A DNA stretch of 62,217 bases. Origin: Capnocytophaga sp. (GTDB taxonomy: Bacteria > Bacteroidota > Bacteroidia > Flavobacteriales > Flavobacteriaceae). The stretch lies in the NCBI GenBank assembly GCA_030523915.1, contig JAUNHN010000001.1, positions 1 to 62,217 of the forward strand. The letters are read 5' to 3'. The position numbers were made by a program, and so were the translations under genes. Positions 35,757-50,700 of this stretch are shown here, piece after piece (position 1 is the stretch's first letter; every line of letters starts with the position of its first letter). The notes beneath the pieces were generated by a model. That model searched no databases. It saw nothing but the letters and a program-made list of their open reading frames with translations, and was not told the origin of the DNA.

Positions 35757-38700
35757 ATGAAGAAAGTAGTTTTTTTCCTACATTTAGCACTGTTTATAGT
35801 GCTTGGCATAGAAAAACTATCCGCACAGAATTATGAAAATTTTGTGCCTCATCGTTATCAAGAGACGGTGAAGGGGGATATGTTGTTGGTAGGTAACTCA
35901 ATCTTAAATGTGGGTAATACTCGTCCAGCAAACTCAGCTTATACTGGAAGCCACAGTACTAATTCTGGGATAAATTTGCAGTATGCAGATGTGGATGGAA
36001 TAGCTAGTACCTTTAACTCAAGCTCAGCAAAGGTTACTAACCCCAATACACGAACAGCTTGTTTGAAGGTAAAGAAAGCGTACCTTTATTGGGCTGCTGC
36101 CTATACGCAAGAGCGAGTGAATAATCAGACGAACCCTCGTCTTGAACGAAGTAAGTTTGGTCAGGTGAAGTTCAAAACACCCAATCAAGCGGCGTATGCA
36201 AGTTTGACAGGAGAGCGAATTTATGACGGAAATCATATAGTAAGTAGTCGTCCTAACCCCAATGATGCTCAGCGTGCCTATGTGTATATGGCTGATGTAA
36301 CCTCTTATGTAGAGACTGAAGCTGCTGGGCGTAACGGAGCTTTTGACGGGGACTATACGGTTGCTGATATGATGGCTCCTTATGGGAATGAAACTACAGG
36401 AGTTGGTTATGCGGCTGGCTGGACATTGATAATCATTTATGAAGATCAAATGCAACCAAGCCGACACATCACATTGTTCGATGGATTTTCTGCTATAAAT
36501 AATGAAAACTCAAGTTTAGAAATCCCAATTACTGGATTTCAAACAATTCCTTCGGGGTCGGTAAGAGCTAAATTTGCTTTTGCAGCCTTGGAAGGAGAGT
36601 TGGGTATTCCTGGTGATATGTTACAGATGAGACGAAATAGTACTTCGCCTCTTGTGAGTATTGATGTGCCAGGAAGAACTTCTACTGGTTCAAATCCTAA
36701 CTTTTTCAATAGCCAAATTACAAATCAAACAGGGGCTAACCTTAATAGAAATCCTGCAAGTACGAACTTGTTAGGATTTGATGCAGGTATTTTTGATGTC
36801 CCCAATGCAGGTAATTCTTTGATAGCGAATGGGCAAACTTCTGTAATAATACGCCCTTCAAATCGTTTTACGTGGCTTGGTCAAGATGCTTTCTTCCCTT
36901 TTATAATGGCGTTCAATGTGGAGGTAATTGCTCCTGTGATTGACTTGGAGAAAAAAGTCTATAAAGTATCGTCCAATGCAGATGTTACAGGTGGGTCGGT
37001 AAATTTGGGAGATGTACTCCGTTATGAAATACAATTTAGAAATTCAGGCAATGACAACGCTCGTGATTTAGTAATCACAGATAAATTGCCTAATAATTTG
37101 ATTTACAATGATATAATCTCATCTGTAAGATTGTCATGGGATAGTACTCCTGTACAACCTACGGATTATGAGTATAATGCAACTACACACGAAATCAAGT
37201 TCAAAATTCCTAATAATATTGTACAGAAAGGGCAAACAGCTTGGCATAAAATATCGTTTGAGGTGCAAGTGCCTCCTACGTGTAATGATTTGCGAGATGC
37301 TTGTTCTAATGAAATAGCAAATATTGTTAATGCACGCTATTTCGGGGTAGAAAATAAATCGACAGATGGCTTTACTGCAGAAAGTGTTGTTTCACATAAA
37401 GATTGTGAAGGAAATCTGCAAGGACCATCTACATTTATTGCCGATTTAGGAACTTGTGCGAGCCAGTCTCAAGAAGTTCTTTGCGAAAGAACACTTAATT
37501 TGGTGGCTGGTGCTAATTTTGATACATACGTTTGGTACAAAGACGGTGTACTTATTTCAGGAGCGAATGCACAAACATTGACAGTTTCAGAATCAGGTAC
37601 ATATCGTGTAGAAAAGAAAAAAGCAGGTTGTGCTGATATGGCTGAAATAATTCAGGTAAGATTGCACGATGCTGCTTTGGCTGTAAACCCAATTAATCAA
37701 TACGCTTCAGAAGTGCTTCGTTGTGGAAATGACGGTTCTGATTATCCTCAAATTTATCTTTGTGGAACGAATTCGTCTAGAATTCTAAACCTAAATGTAA
37801 ATGGAGCTTTGAGCTACAAATGGGAAAGACGAAGCGAATCATGTGCCGTACCTCCTACACATCCATTAGAGTGTCCTGTTCGTGATAACTATGGATGTTC
37901 TTGGACACAAGTACACGCTGGAAATAGCTATAACGTATCACAAGCAGGAGATTACCGAGTAGAAATTACTTACAATGGTGGCTGTGTGGCTTTGTTCTAT
38001 TTTAAAGTAACAAAAATATTGTTAGACCCAGTTGTAGAGGTACGCGATATGATATGTGGGGCTCAAGGTAGAATTACAGTAACCCACCCAGCGGCAGGTT
38101 ATGAATATGCTTTAAGAAATAGTGCAGGAACTCAAATACAAGGATATCAAGACAGTAATACATTTACGATTGCAAATCCTGATTCGTATGTAGTATTAAT
38201 GCGTCAAAAATTGGCTGCAGGAGCTACTTATTCTGCTTGTGTATTTGAGGTAAGACGCTCAGTAATTCAAAAAGACCCTGTGCTTACCGTAGTGCCTACT
38301 CCTTTGGCATGTGCCAATTCAAAAGGAACACTACGAGTACAAGTAACGGACGCATATCCTCCGTACACGTATACTGTCAGAAGGAATAATGCTACGGGAG
38401 CTATTGTGGCAGGAGCTACGGCTACCAGCACTTCCGATATTACTTTCACTGGGCTTGATGATGGGCTTTATTATGTGGGAGTAACCACTCCTGAGTGTTC
38501 ACTTTCAGATACGAAAGAAATAACTAAAATACCTCCAGTACAAGCAAGGGTAACGATTAAAAGCCATTTGATGTGTAATGGAGCAGGAGTAATTCGCGTA
38601 GATGCTTGGGATGGTACACCTGGTACAAGCTATGGATATAGTATTGACGGCGGAGCTACGTATTTCTATAATTACACGGGTTCGTTCTACGAATTTACAG

Positions 38701-41700
38701 TTTCCAACCCAGGAACTTATACTATCAAAGTAGTAGATGCCAATGGCTGTGATGTTACAGTAGTTTCTGACCCTATAAGAGCGGCTGTTCCTCCTACATT
38801 TGCTACCACAACGAGGTTAATTGATTGTGGTTCTAAAGGAGCAATAGAGTTTACTAGTGTAACAAATCCTGAAGGATATTTCCTCAGATATAGTGTTGAT
38901 GGAGGAACTACCAGCCAATTAGGAACCGTATTCACAGGATTAAACCCTGGTGCTACGTATACACCTACACTTATTTATAGTACAGGTTCAATAAGCTGTA
39001 CTGTTACTTCAACAGTAACCTTGCCTCCAGCTACTTCAGGAAGTGTAATGGCTTCAGCGGGAGTTGCGGAATTAATAGGTTGTGGTTCAGGAACTAATGT
39101 AGACAAAGCGAGAGTGCGTATCACAAACGTACGAGGTGGACAAGCTCCTTATCAATTTAGTTTTGATGGTGGAGCTACGTGGACAAATACCCGCGAAATG
39201 TGGTTATTGCCAGGTACATATACAGTTATAGCTCGTGATGCAGTAGAGTGTGAACACAGAACGCAAGTAGTTGTAGACCCTCGTCCTGTAAATCCTGTAT
39301 TTACGCATAATGTAACTTATAATTGTGATGGTACAGGAAATATATCAATCGCAAATAACCAAAGTACTTATACTTATACATATACTTTGGGAGGAGTTAC
39401 GACAACAACTTCTAACTTCAATAATTTACCTCCTGGGGAGTATACAATTACTATTGGTTATGGAGATATAAGTTCGCCTACATTTAATGAGTTATTCTTA
39501 GAGGACTTTGGTGTAGTGCCAAGCAATCCTACCAGAGATAACACACCAAATACGACGACACCTTATATTAATAGTAGGTATTTCTTTGAGGTACAGAGCC
39601 GTGATATTAATGGAATTTATGCAAATCATCTTCAGTTGGTAAGTGGTTCTGTACGTGTATTAGATGGCTTTGGAAATCCTCAAGGAGCAGGTTTCAATGT
39701 AGCTGCTACAATGTTAAATGATGGAGAATATGTAGTTACAAATAGGTTAGAACCTAATAACCCTGCTTGGAGATATCCTAATGACCCTTCAGGTTATGGA
39801 CCTAATGGACGAATGCTTTTTGTAAACGTAGGAGACATTTTAGGAAGTGAAGGAGCTATTCTGTATCAACGTGTGATGAATGATGTACTTCCGAATCAGC
39901 CTATTGAGTTTTCAATCAAAATGTTTAACTTGATTAATGCAACAGGAAGTAATCCAGGAGCCGCAAATCCTGATTTAACTGTTGAGTTATATACAAGTGA
40001 GGCTGCAATAGCGGCTAATACTCCGATATTCTCTCAGTATATAGGTAGTCCACCTAAGAGTACACATAGTAATGATTGGTATACTTATTCATATCAGCTT
40101 AACCCAGGAAATAATACTACATTATATGCAGTATTGCGTTCAGGTAGTTTGGTAAGAAATGGTAATGATGTGGTAATTGATGATATTCACTTATATCAGT
40201 TACCAAGAATGTGTTCTTTCCATGAAACGGTAAAAGTAACCATAGAGCCAGATAAAGCCTTCGGGGTAGGTAATGGAACATCTACGGATATTCTATGTAA
40301 TGATGCTAATAATGGAACGTACCAAGTAGCTTTAAGAAATACAGCTACAACGGGATATTGGGTGTCAAGAGATGGAGCTCCTTTTGTACAAGAAACTGCC
40401 AATCCGTTTGTTTGGACAGGTATTGGTGGAGGTGCTCATACAGTAACTTTCCGTTACGGACAAGATACCGCACATTGTGAGGTAGTGAAAACATTCACAA
40501 TCAATAATCCAAGTGCGATTGTAATTGCACCAATAGCAGATGTACATTTGGGCTGTAACCCAGCGAGTGTAAACCTAACAATAGTAGCTTCGGGAGGAAT
40601 AGGAGCATTACGATATGCGATTACACAACCTGACGGTACTACAATCAATCAAAATACACCTAACTTTACGATAACACAAGCAGGAACGCATTCGCTTACA
40701 GTTACCGATGCGAATAACTGTCCTGCAACAGTTCAATTTAATGTAATCCAAGCTCCTACACCTACGGTAGCAGTTGCACCTACGTCTAACTATTGCGTAT
40801 CGGCAGGTACACAAGCACGTATAGATGTTACTGTAACTAACGGAACAGCTCCGTTTACATACGCTATCAACGGAAGTGTAAGAGCCACAACTTCCGATGC
40901 AAATTATTCATTTGCAGGGCTTACACCAGGTACTTATACAATGACTGTAACGGATAGTTATGGTTGTGTGGGTACTTTGGTAGAAACGATTCAGCCAGAA
41001 CTTAGAGTAAATGGGGCAGCCGTAGAAAAAGAAATTACGTGCGACCCAGTTCCTGTAGGTAGAGGTATTATCAAAGTGAGCCTAACGGGAGGTTATGCAC
41101 CTTATCAATATGCAATAATTAAAGATGGTACACAAACTGTAGTAGCTAGAACTTCGGTAGGAGGAAGTGAAATCACTTACCAAACTGATCAAGCAGGTGT
41201 GTATACTATCCGAATATATGACAACAGAGGTTGTGAAACAAGTACAGCATTGACATTGACAGCCCCAGTACAGCCTACAATTACTTATACTAAAACAGAT
41301 ATTAATTGTTATGGAGAAAGTACAGGTGCTATCGTTGTAAACGTTTCGGCAGGAGCAGCCCCTTATCAATACTCTCTTAACGGAGTGAATAGAGGTTCGC
41401 AAAATACATTTAATAATTTAATAGCAGGAACGTACACAATTACAGTTACAGATGCTAAAAATTGTGAGACATCAGAAGTTGTAACGATAACACAACCTAC
41501 GGCTCCATTGGCTATCAGAGCGGTGATTACAAAACTAATCAGTTGCGACCCTACAGCCGATAGAGCAGAAGTATCTTATTCAGTATCAGGAGGAACTCCA
41601 AATTACAATGATAATCAAGGAGGAGCAAATTATGGTACAGAAACAAGAACAATAAGTTTAGGAGTAGGTACACATAATATTACAGTTACAGATGCGAATG

Positions 41701-44700
41701 GCTGTCAAACACAAACCACAGTAGAAGTGCCAAACAGACCAGCTCCGCCTACTGTAAGTAGTACACCTACTATCGCCTATAATTGTGAAGGAAATGGTTC
41801 GTTTACATTGAACCCTACTCCAGCTACATTTGATTATACCTATACATTTAATGGAGTAACAACCACTACTAATACCTTTACAAATGTGCCACCAGGAGTA
41901 CATCAAATAGGTATCCACTACGTACAGAATAATGTAGGAGGAAGTACATTGGATTGTGGTTATACGATGACTATTACTGTAACGGTAGCTGATAATCAAG
42001 AGTTTAAATCAAGCGTTGCAAACGTGGTTAATGCAAGTTGTGCAGGAGTAAGTGACGGACAAATAACGCTCAATGTACAGAATTATGGTTCAGGTTATAC
42101 ATATAGTGTAGATGGCGGTGCTTCGCAAAATGGAAATGCAGCTACACTTACAATACCAAATCTATCAGCAGGAACACACACTATTACATTAGTGTATGAC
42201 ACTTGTACGGTATCTGTTTCAGCTACAATAACTGAGCCTGAATCATTGGTAGTTACACCTACTATCACTGTACCGGCTAAATGTAATAATAACCAACGTG
42301 CTACTGTAACATTGCAAGTAGCAGGAGGTACTGCACCTTACTCTTATACATTTGGTGGAGTAACACGAAACTCAAATGTATTCACACAAGTACCTGTTGG
42401 TACACATACATTTACAGTAACAGACAGAAATGGTTGTTCTACTGCTGTTCCTGTAGTAGTAGAAGCTCCGAAAGTAGTAACTTTCACAGCTACACCTACG
42501 GCTTGTTATTCAGGTAATAGTGATGCTGAAATAGTAGTAACAGTTACAGGAGGAAATGGAGATTATAGATTTAGTATCAATAATGGAGCTTGGCAAACCC
42601 CTGCATCTACAAGTTCATTGACTTACACCTTTACAGGATTGCCTTCGTCATCTACGGGGCATATCATCAGAGTGGAAGATGGCTTTGGCTGTCAATCAAT
42701 GACTACCGTAGTGATTTACCCACGATTGGTTGTTAGTACCAAAGAAACTTCAGTAAGTTGCCATAACGGAAGAATTGAGGTTACAGCTTCGGGAGGAAAC
42801 GGAACATATCAATATGCCTTTGTTCCTTCTGGACAAACAACAGGTATTATGTATGGAAATTCAAGTACATATACCGTAACTACGGCAGGTGCTTATGATG
42901 TGTATGTACAGTCGGCAGCGTGTGTGTACTCGACTACAGTAACTGTGGCTCAAGCTACTACGGTATCTTTCACAGCTACGGTTAAAGAGCCTAATTGTTC
43001 TGGCTATACAGGAAGTATTGGACTTACTAATATTGTTGGCGATGCTCCATATACATTAAACTTGTATAATACAACAGCTCCAACTACACCTGTGGTAACA
43101 GTACCAAATTATATCAATACAGAATATGAGTTCGTGGGCTTAACAGCCAGCAATACTTACATAGTTGCCGTAACAGACAGATATGGTTGCGTACATTCTC
43201 AAACTTTGACAATTAATGATAAACCACAATTAACCGCCATATTAGATGGTGTGGCAACAGGTTGTGTTATTTTAGGACAAAATGTACCTGTGGCATTGAC
43301 GGTTTCTCAAACATTGATTGATACGTATGCAGCTCCAAACTATAAGTTAGAATACAGTATTGATGGAACTACTTGGAATGCTATCACAGCTACGGTTACG
43401 ACATTTACAGACCAAGTAGGTAATAGCTTTACGCCACAGCTTCGAGTGCTTGATGCAGCAAGTAATATCGTTTGTTTACAAACACTTGACCGATTTGTAG
43501 TACCGTTCCCATTAAGTGAATTGGCAGTAGCTACTGATTTAGAAACTGGTTTCACAGGAACTTGTACACCAGGAGGCTTTACCGTGTTAGTAACGGCAAC
43601 AGGAGGTATTTCTACGACGTATCATTTTACAATGGATGACCCAACGGGGGCAAGTCCAAATTGGCAACTATCAAATGTACCAGGTCGTCCAGATCAATAC
43701 AGATTCCAAGGACTTACACCAGGACGTACGTATGTATTCTATGTAAGAGATGCTTCAGGTTGTATCCAGCAAAATGAACACGATATATATGAAAATTATA
43801 TACCACCAGTAAAAGTGGTAGGTAATGTAACTCCTATCTGTTTTGGAGCAGGAACAGGTTCTATTGACTTTGTGATAAGCAGAACAGCTACATCTACAAC
43901 GACAGCTACTCACTTTAATTGGGTAGTTATCAATAAAGCTACAGGAGCTACTGTGGCAAGTTCTGCAACACCAGCAACAATGCCAGTACCTGGTAGCTCT
44001 ACAACAATTAACGTTTCTAGTTTGCCTTTAGGTACATACTATATGGAAATTACAGAAATAGGAACAGGTTGTGAATGGGCAAGTGCTGATGTAAATGTTT
44101 ACGAACAAACAGAACTAAACGGAACACCAAGAAAAGTACGTGATATAACTTGTGAGACACCAGGATTATTAGAAATTGAAAATCCTTACGGAGGTGGAGG
44201 TACGTATGTATTTGAACTTACCAGCCCTGCCTTTACACACACAATGACAGTATCAAGTACTGTTATTCAAATACCAATGTCGACTATTAGTGCGACAGCA
44301 ACTAGTATCTCTATTGATGTAAGAATGATAGACCAGTATGGCTGTGATAAATATTTAGGAAGAGTAAATATAGGAGTAGCTTCACCAACTCCAACGCCTA
44401 CGGCAATTCCTAATAGTTGCGTAGAGCCATTATCTATCAGGGTAACTCCTACAGGAGCAAACTATCAGTATGCAATTAGAGAAACTTCAAGTACTACTTG
44501 GAGCCAATGGCAAGTAAGTGAAGTGTTTACAAACCTTACAGCAGGTACATACGAAGTAGCATTGCGAGATATAAGTACAGGATGTGTGGCTTCAAGTACA
44601 GCAGTAACGTTGTATACTAAGATAGAAGCTGAGGTAACGCAAAATGCCTTATTAGGTTGTGGAACAACAGCATCAGCTACTATTCAGATAAAAGCATCTG

Positions 44701-47700
44701 AGGGTTCAGGAAATTACGAGTATGCGGTATCGGGAGCAACAACTGTAGCACGAACTGCCTTGCCTTCTGCAACATATACTTTAACGGCAGCAGTAGCAGG
44801 AACGTATGTAATTAGCTTGTGGGATGCTGATGCAAGTGCTTCTACTTGTCCGCCATTGACATTTACGGTAACGGTAGCACCTCCAGTATATCCAGCCTTT
44901 ACAGCAAGTACGGTATCAGTTACTTGTCACGGATATACTGACGGAATGATATTGATTAATGAAATCAATACAGGGGCTCCAACAGTTACGTATACATTAG
45001 TAGCAGGTTCACCAACAGCAGCTACATACAGCTCTACAATACGTGGATTTGCAGGACTTTCAGCAGGAGCTTACACAGTTAGAGCTACTTCAGCCAACGG
45101 TTGTGCAACAGAAACAACTGTAACAGTAGAAGAACCTGACCAAGTATTTGTAGACCCAGGAGCAGTAAGTGTAACACAGTTTGGTTGTGCATCAGGTAAT
45201 AGCCCTGAAAGTGCAGTAGTAACTATCGACCCTACTAAGGTAAGAGGAGGAACACCGCCATATAGCTTTGTGATAGCATATAACAGCCAAACAGTAACAG
45301 GCACTACGCTAATTACAAATGACCATACAGGAGGTACAGTTACTATTACGGTAACAGATGCCAATGCTTGTACGCCACTTAATATAACGACAACTCGTAT
45401 AGAAAGATACGACGCATTAACAGGTATTGGTATCAATGTAACTAACCCAATAGCTTGTGGAACTACATCAGGAGAAACAGTAGATGTATTAGTTACTTCG
45501 GTTGCTAATAATCCATTGAAACTTCAATATGTAGAAAGTGCTACTACGCCTTCAACTACAGCGGCTTGGCAACCTTCAAGAACGTTTACAAACCTTGCAG
45601 TAGGATTGCATACATTCTGGGTAAGACACATTGATACAGGCTGTATGACATCGGTAACACACGAAGTGAAAGAGCCTAACACCTTTACAATAGATAACTT
45701 TACGATTGTAAATCCAGTAGTTTGTATAGGAAGTTCGGCAGTAGTTACCTTTGAAATTCAAAATACAGCTACGTATACAGGAACATACAATGTAACTGTA
45801 CCAGGAACACCAATAACAGCAAGCAGAATAGGTTCAGGAGTTGTTACTCTTACAATTCAAGCGGGTACATACACGTTAAGTGTTACGCAAGCCTCTCACC
45901 CAAGCTGTACGAATGAATATCCGTTTACTGTTCCAGGACCTACTGCTGGTTTAACAGCTACTGTAACAGTTAAGAATATTACTTGTGTACCAGGTAATGA
46001 CGGAGCTATAGAGGTAATCAATGTAACAGGAGGTTGGGGCGGTTATGAATACCGAATCACACCAGCTACTACATCAGTGCCAACGGCTTGGGGTACGAAT
46101 CCGTTATTCAACAATCTGGCAGCGGATACATACCGAATAGAAGTTCGTGATTCAGGAGGTTGTGTGTATACAATTACACAACAGCTATCTAATCCTACAC
46201 CGATAGTTCCTACTTTGGCAGTTTCAGCACATAATTGCGTAGAAGGAACGGGCGTACTTGTAGCGACGGCTTCAGGAGGAGAAGGAAATAACTATTCATT
46301 CCAATTAATAAAAGATGGAGTGAACTATGGTTCGGCAATAGGTACAACCAATACCAATACAGTAACCTTCTCTAACTTGTCTTCAGGACAATATGAGGTA
46401 GTTGTATTTGATACGTGGGGTTGTGTTGCTACATTGACTACACCAGTTGTATTATACGAACCTATTACTAATGCGAATGTTAGAATAGACAAAGAGATTA
46501 CGTGTACATCTCCGCAAGGAGCGAATGTTACGGTATTGCATCAAGGAGGTAACTCAGGAAATATTACTTATGTGGTAACTCCGCCTTCAGGTGCTGCAAT
46601 AACACAAAGTAATAATCCTGTGTTTACGAACTTAGCCACAGCAGGAGTTTACACAGTAACTGTTACAGATAATGTTACAGGTTGTCCGCCAGTAGCGACT
46701 ACCTTTGAGCTTACAGCTACTATAAATGCAACATTTACATATACACAAACCAATGTAAGCTGTAATGCAGGAAATGATGGCTCAATAGGAGTAATCGTGG
46801 ATAATACACAAACGCAGTTAGACTATGTAATTAGAGTAACAAGCACCGTAGTAGGCTTTACTACGCAATCGCGAACAGTTACAGCAGTACCAGCTACACA
46901 TTACTTTAATGGATTAAGTGCAGGAACTTATGTAGTAACGCTTACTTCGGCAAGAGGTTGTGTACATACTGAAACTGTAAATATTACAGAACCTACAGCA
47001 CTTGGCGTAACAGCTGCGGTAACTACTCAGTTTGCTTGTGATGCTTCAAATGTACCACAAGAGGCTGTGATACAAGCTACAGTAACAGGAGGAACAGCTC
47101 CGTTTAACTATAGTATTGATGGAACGAATTTCAATAATACTACAGGAACATTTACAATAACAGATACTGGAGTAGCACAGAATATCACAGTATATGTGAA
47201 AGATGCAAATGGTTGTGAAATTAATACACCTATAACAGTAAATCCATTACCGAAGATAACAAGTGTGAATGCTACTCAAGTTACGGCTGTCACTTGTCAA
47301 GGACCTGAAGTAGTGAGAATTACCATAGCAGGAGGTTCTGGAGCAGGTTATGTGGTTGAAGCAACATCAATTACAGGAAGTGTGGTAACACCAGCTACAC
47401 AAACACTACCTGCAGGCACACAAACCGCAGACTTTAATCTGCCAGAACCAGGACAATATGAGTTTAAAGTAACTGATACTGGAACAGGATGTTATACAAC
47501 AACGACTTATGTGGTTAATCCTTATAACTTAATGACAGTAACAGTAACACCAAGCAAAGCCGTATCTTGTGCAGGAACTGCAGACGGAGAGGTAACTCTC
47601 AGAACTGTAAGCTATACAGGAACTTACACTTGGGAAGTACTTGACGCAAATACATTGGCTCCATTAACGCCTCCTAATTCAGGAACAGTTAATTCACCAG

Positions 47701-50700
47701 TATTTGCAGGTGTGGTAACTACTACGATAACAGGTTTACCTGAAGGACAATTTATAATACGTATTGTTCAACAGAATACACCATTCTGTACAGTTACTTC
47801 TACAATAGTACAAGTAGCTACACCAGGAAGTCCATTGACAGTAACATCTACTTTGGCAAATCCATTGACTTGTGCTGGAAATGACGCTGTTATCAATGCT
47901 CAAGCTCAAGGAGGATGGGGAGAACACCAATATCGATTAGACATCAATGGTACTGCACATCCAGTATACGGAACATATACTACAACAGCTGCATTTGCAG
48001 GGTTGAGTGCAGGTAACTATACTATTTGGGCAAAAGATAAGGAAGGCTGTGAAACATCTACGACAGTAGTACTTCAAGACCCAACTCCGATAACTGTTAG
48101 TTTAACACCAAGTGTAACAACATTAGCTTGTTACGGAGACAAAACAGCAAGTGTTACAGCTACGTTAACATCGGCAGGAGGAAGTGGTAATTACAAATAT
48201 ATACTACTTACCCGAACAGCTTCAGGAACTGTGATAGAATCAGGAGCTCAAGATAGTCCTACATTTACAGGCTTAGGAGCAGGTGAGTACGCTGTAAGAG
48301 TGATAGATGGCTGGGATTGTGATGCAGAATCAGCTTATATAACAATAGCAGAACCTACACAAGTACAAGTACAAGCGGCTATCACACAACCATTGACTTG
48401 CTTGCAACAAGCACAAATTACCGTAACGGGAATGGGAGGTTCTGGTACAGGTTATGTATTTACTGTTGCCTCATCTACAGGAACTATAACTCCGTCAGGT
48501 ACAGGAGTGTACTCAGCAGGACCAGGTAGATATGTATTCACGGCAGTAGATGGTAATGGCTGTCCATCAGGATTATCTAATGTAATAGAAATATATCCGA
48601 TAGAGGCTTTAGGATTAAATGTTGATACAACGGCAGCTTATGTGAAATGTAATGGAGATAGTTCTGCTACAATTCAAGTTGAGGCTTACGGAGGTTTAGG
48701 AAACTATCAGTATGAATTGCTTAATGCTTCAGGATTGTCATTGACACCACCAGTTACAAATACAGATGGTATATTTACAGGACTTGCAACAGGAACGTAC
48801 AATGTGAAAGTAACCAGCGTAGATTGTGAATATACAACGACAACACCTGTCGTGATTAACGAAGCTCCACCGTTAGTGGTAGTAACAGCTACAAGCACTA
48901 ATGAAACTTGCTTCGGTGAAAACGATGGTACTATCAATGTAGAAGTTACAGGAGGTACAGGTACGATTACGTATGCTATTTCACCTCGTTTAGACCGAGT
49001 AGTAACAGCTGAATATATCCGAGCTCAGAAATTCGAACCAGGTAATTATGTAGTGATAGCACAAGATGCAAATGGATGTACGTTAGAGTTCAACTTTAAC
49101 ATTATAGCAGCAAGCCAAATTAGTGTAACGCTTGTTACTTCAACAGATGAAACTTGTTTGGGTAGCAATGATGGAACGGCTACAATCACAGTTACAGGAG
49201 GTGTAGCACCGTACTCTACTGCATTCAATGATAATTCGCCTACGGCAAATTGGGTACAAGGTAAGTTCTTCTATGATAACTTGCCAGCAGGTCAAAACCA
49301 CACAATTTTCGTAAAAGATGCGAATGGTTGTATTGCACACGTAATAATACCTGAAATCAAACCAGGGGTAGATTTACAGTTATCAGCAGAAGCGACACCT
49401 GAATGTACAAATAACAATAATGTGATAAACAATCGCATTGTGGTATCAGTGAATCCGCTTCACGCATCGCAAGTTACCTACGCCTTAGATGGAGGCACTC
49501 CTCAATCAAGTAATATCTTTAATGGAGTTACAGCAGGAGTACATACTGTTACAGTATCTCACACAGGTGGTTGTGTACAAGAAGTACCGGTAACAATGCC
49601 TCATTATGACCCATTATCGGTAGTATCAAGTACAACAGAAATAACTTGTAACAATGCTAATGATGGAGTAATTAATTTCCAAGTAACAGGAGGTTCGGCA
49701 AGTTATACTTATACAATTACACCTGCTCAAGGAAACTTTGACCCAGTAACACAGCAGTTTACAGCGTTACCACCAGGTAATTATACAGTAGCAGTTCGTG
49801 ATAATGTATTGGGCTGTATGGTAACAGGTAACTTTAACTTTGTAAATCCAGACTTGTTAACTATAACAGCAGGTAGTGTAAGTGAAACTTGTTACGGAGA
49901 TAATGACGGACAAATCCAATTTACAATCAGTGGAGGTAGACCTACATATAGTTATGTACTTACAAATGCACAAGGACAAACAGTAGCTTCTGCAGGTGGA
50001 ATAGGAACAGGACAGCAAGTTACTCAAACAGGACTTGCACCAGGTACATACGTACTTACTTATGTAGACCAAGGAGGAGTTTGTACACAAACTGAAACTA
50101 TTCAAGTAGGAGCAGCTCCAAACCTACAACCTGTGTCATTAGAAGTTAAGTATGAATGTACAGCTACAACGCCGTCTAATTACTTGGAAGTAGTGTTTGA
50201 TAATACGATTCTGAACCAAGCAAATACGTTCTATGCTTTGAATAGCACTAATATTGCAGATGCACAAAGCTTTACAGAATTCAATGGTTATGTAGGTATT
50301 ATCAGAAATCTACCAGTAGGTAGCGACCACTATATCACGATATTCTATAACTCTTGTAGTTATACGATTCCTGTAAGTCAATACTTTGATGTGGAAGATT
50401 ACGAAGCTCTGACATTACAAAATCTGTCAGACCCTCAACAAATGAACCAAATTAAAGTACAAGCAAGCGGAGGAAAAGCACCATACACATACTATTTCAA
50501 TGGTAAAACAAGTAGTGATGGTAACGAGTACTACGTTTCACTATACGACCCAGGATATACAGATGCTAATGGACGTGTAATTAAGCAAGTTTTAGTAACA
50601 GTAGTAGATGATTTAGGATGTACACAAACATTAACTATTGAGAAAGAGTTTGTTGATATTTACATACCAAATTATTTCACACCAAATGGAGACGGAAATA

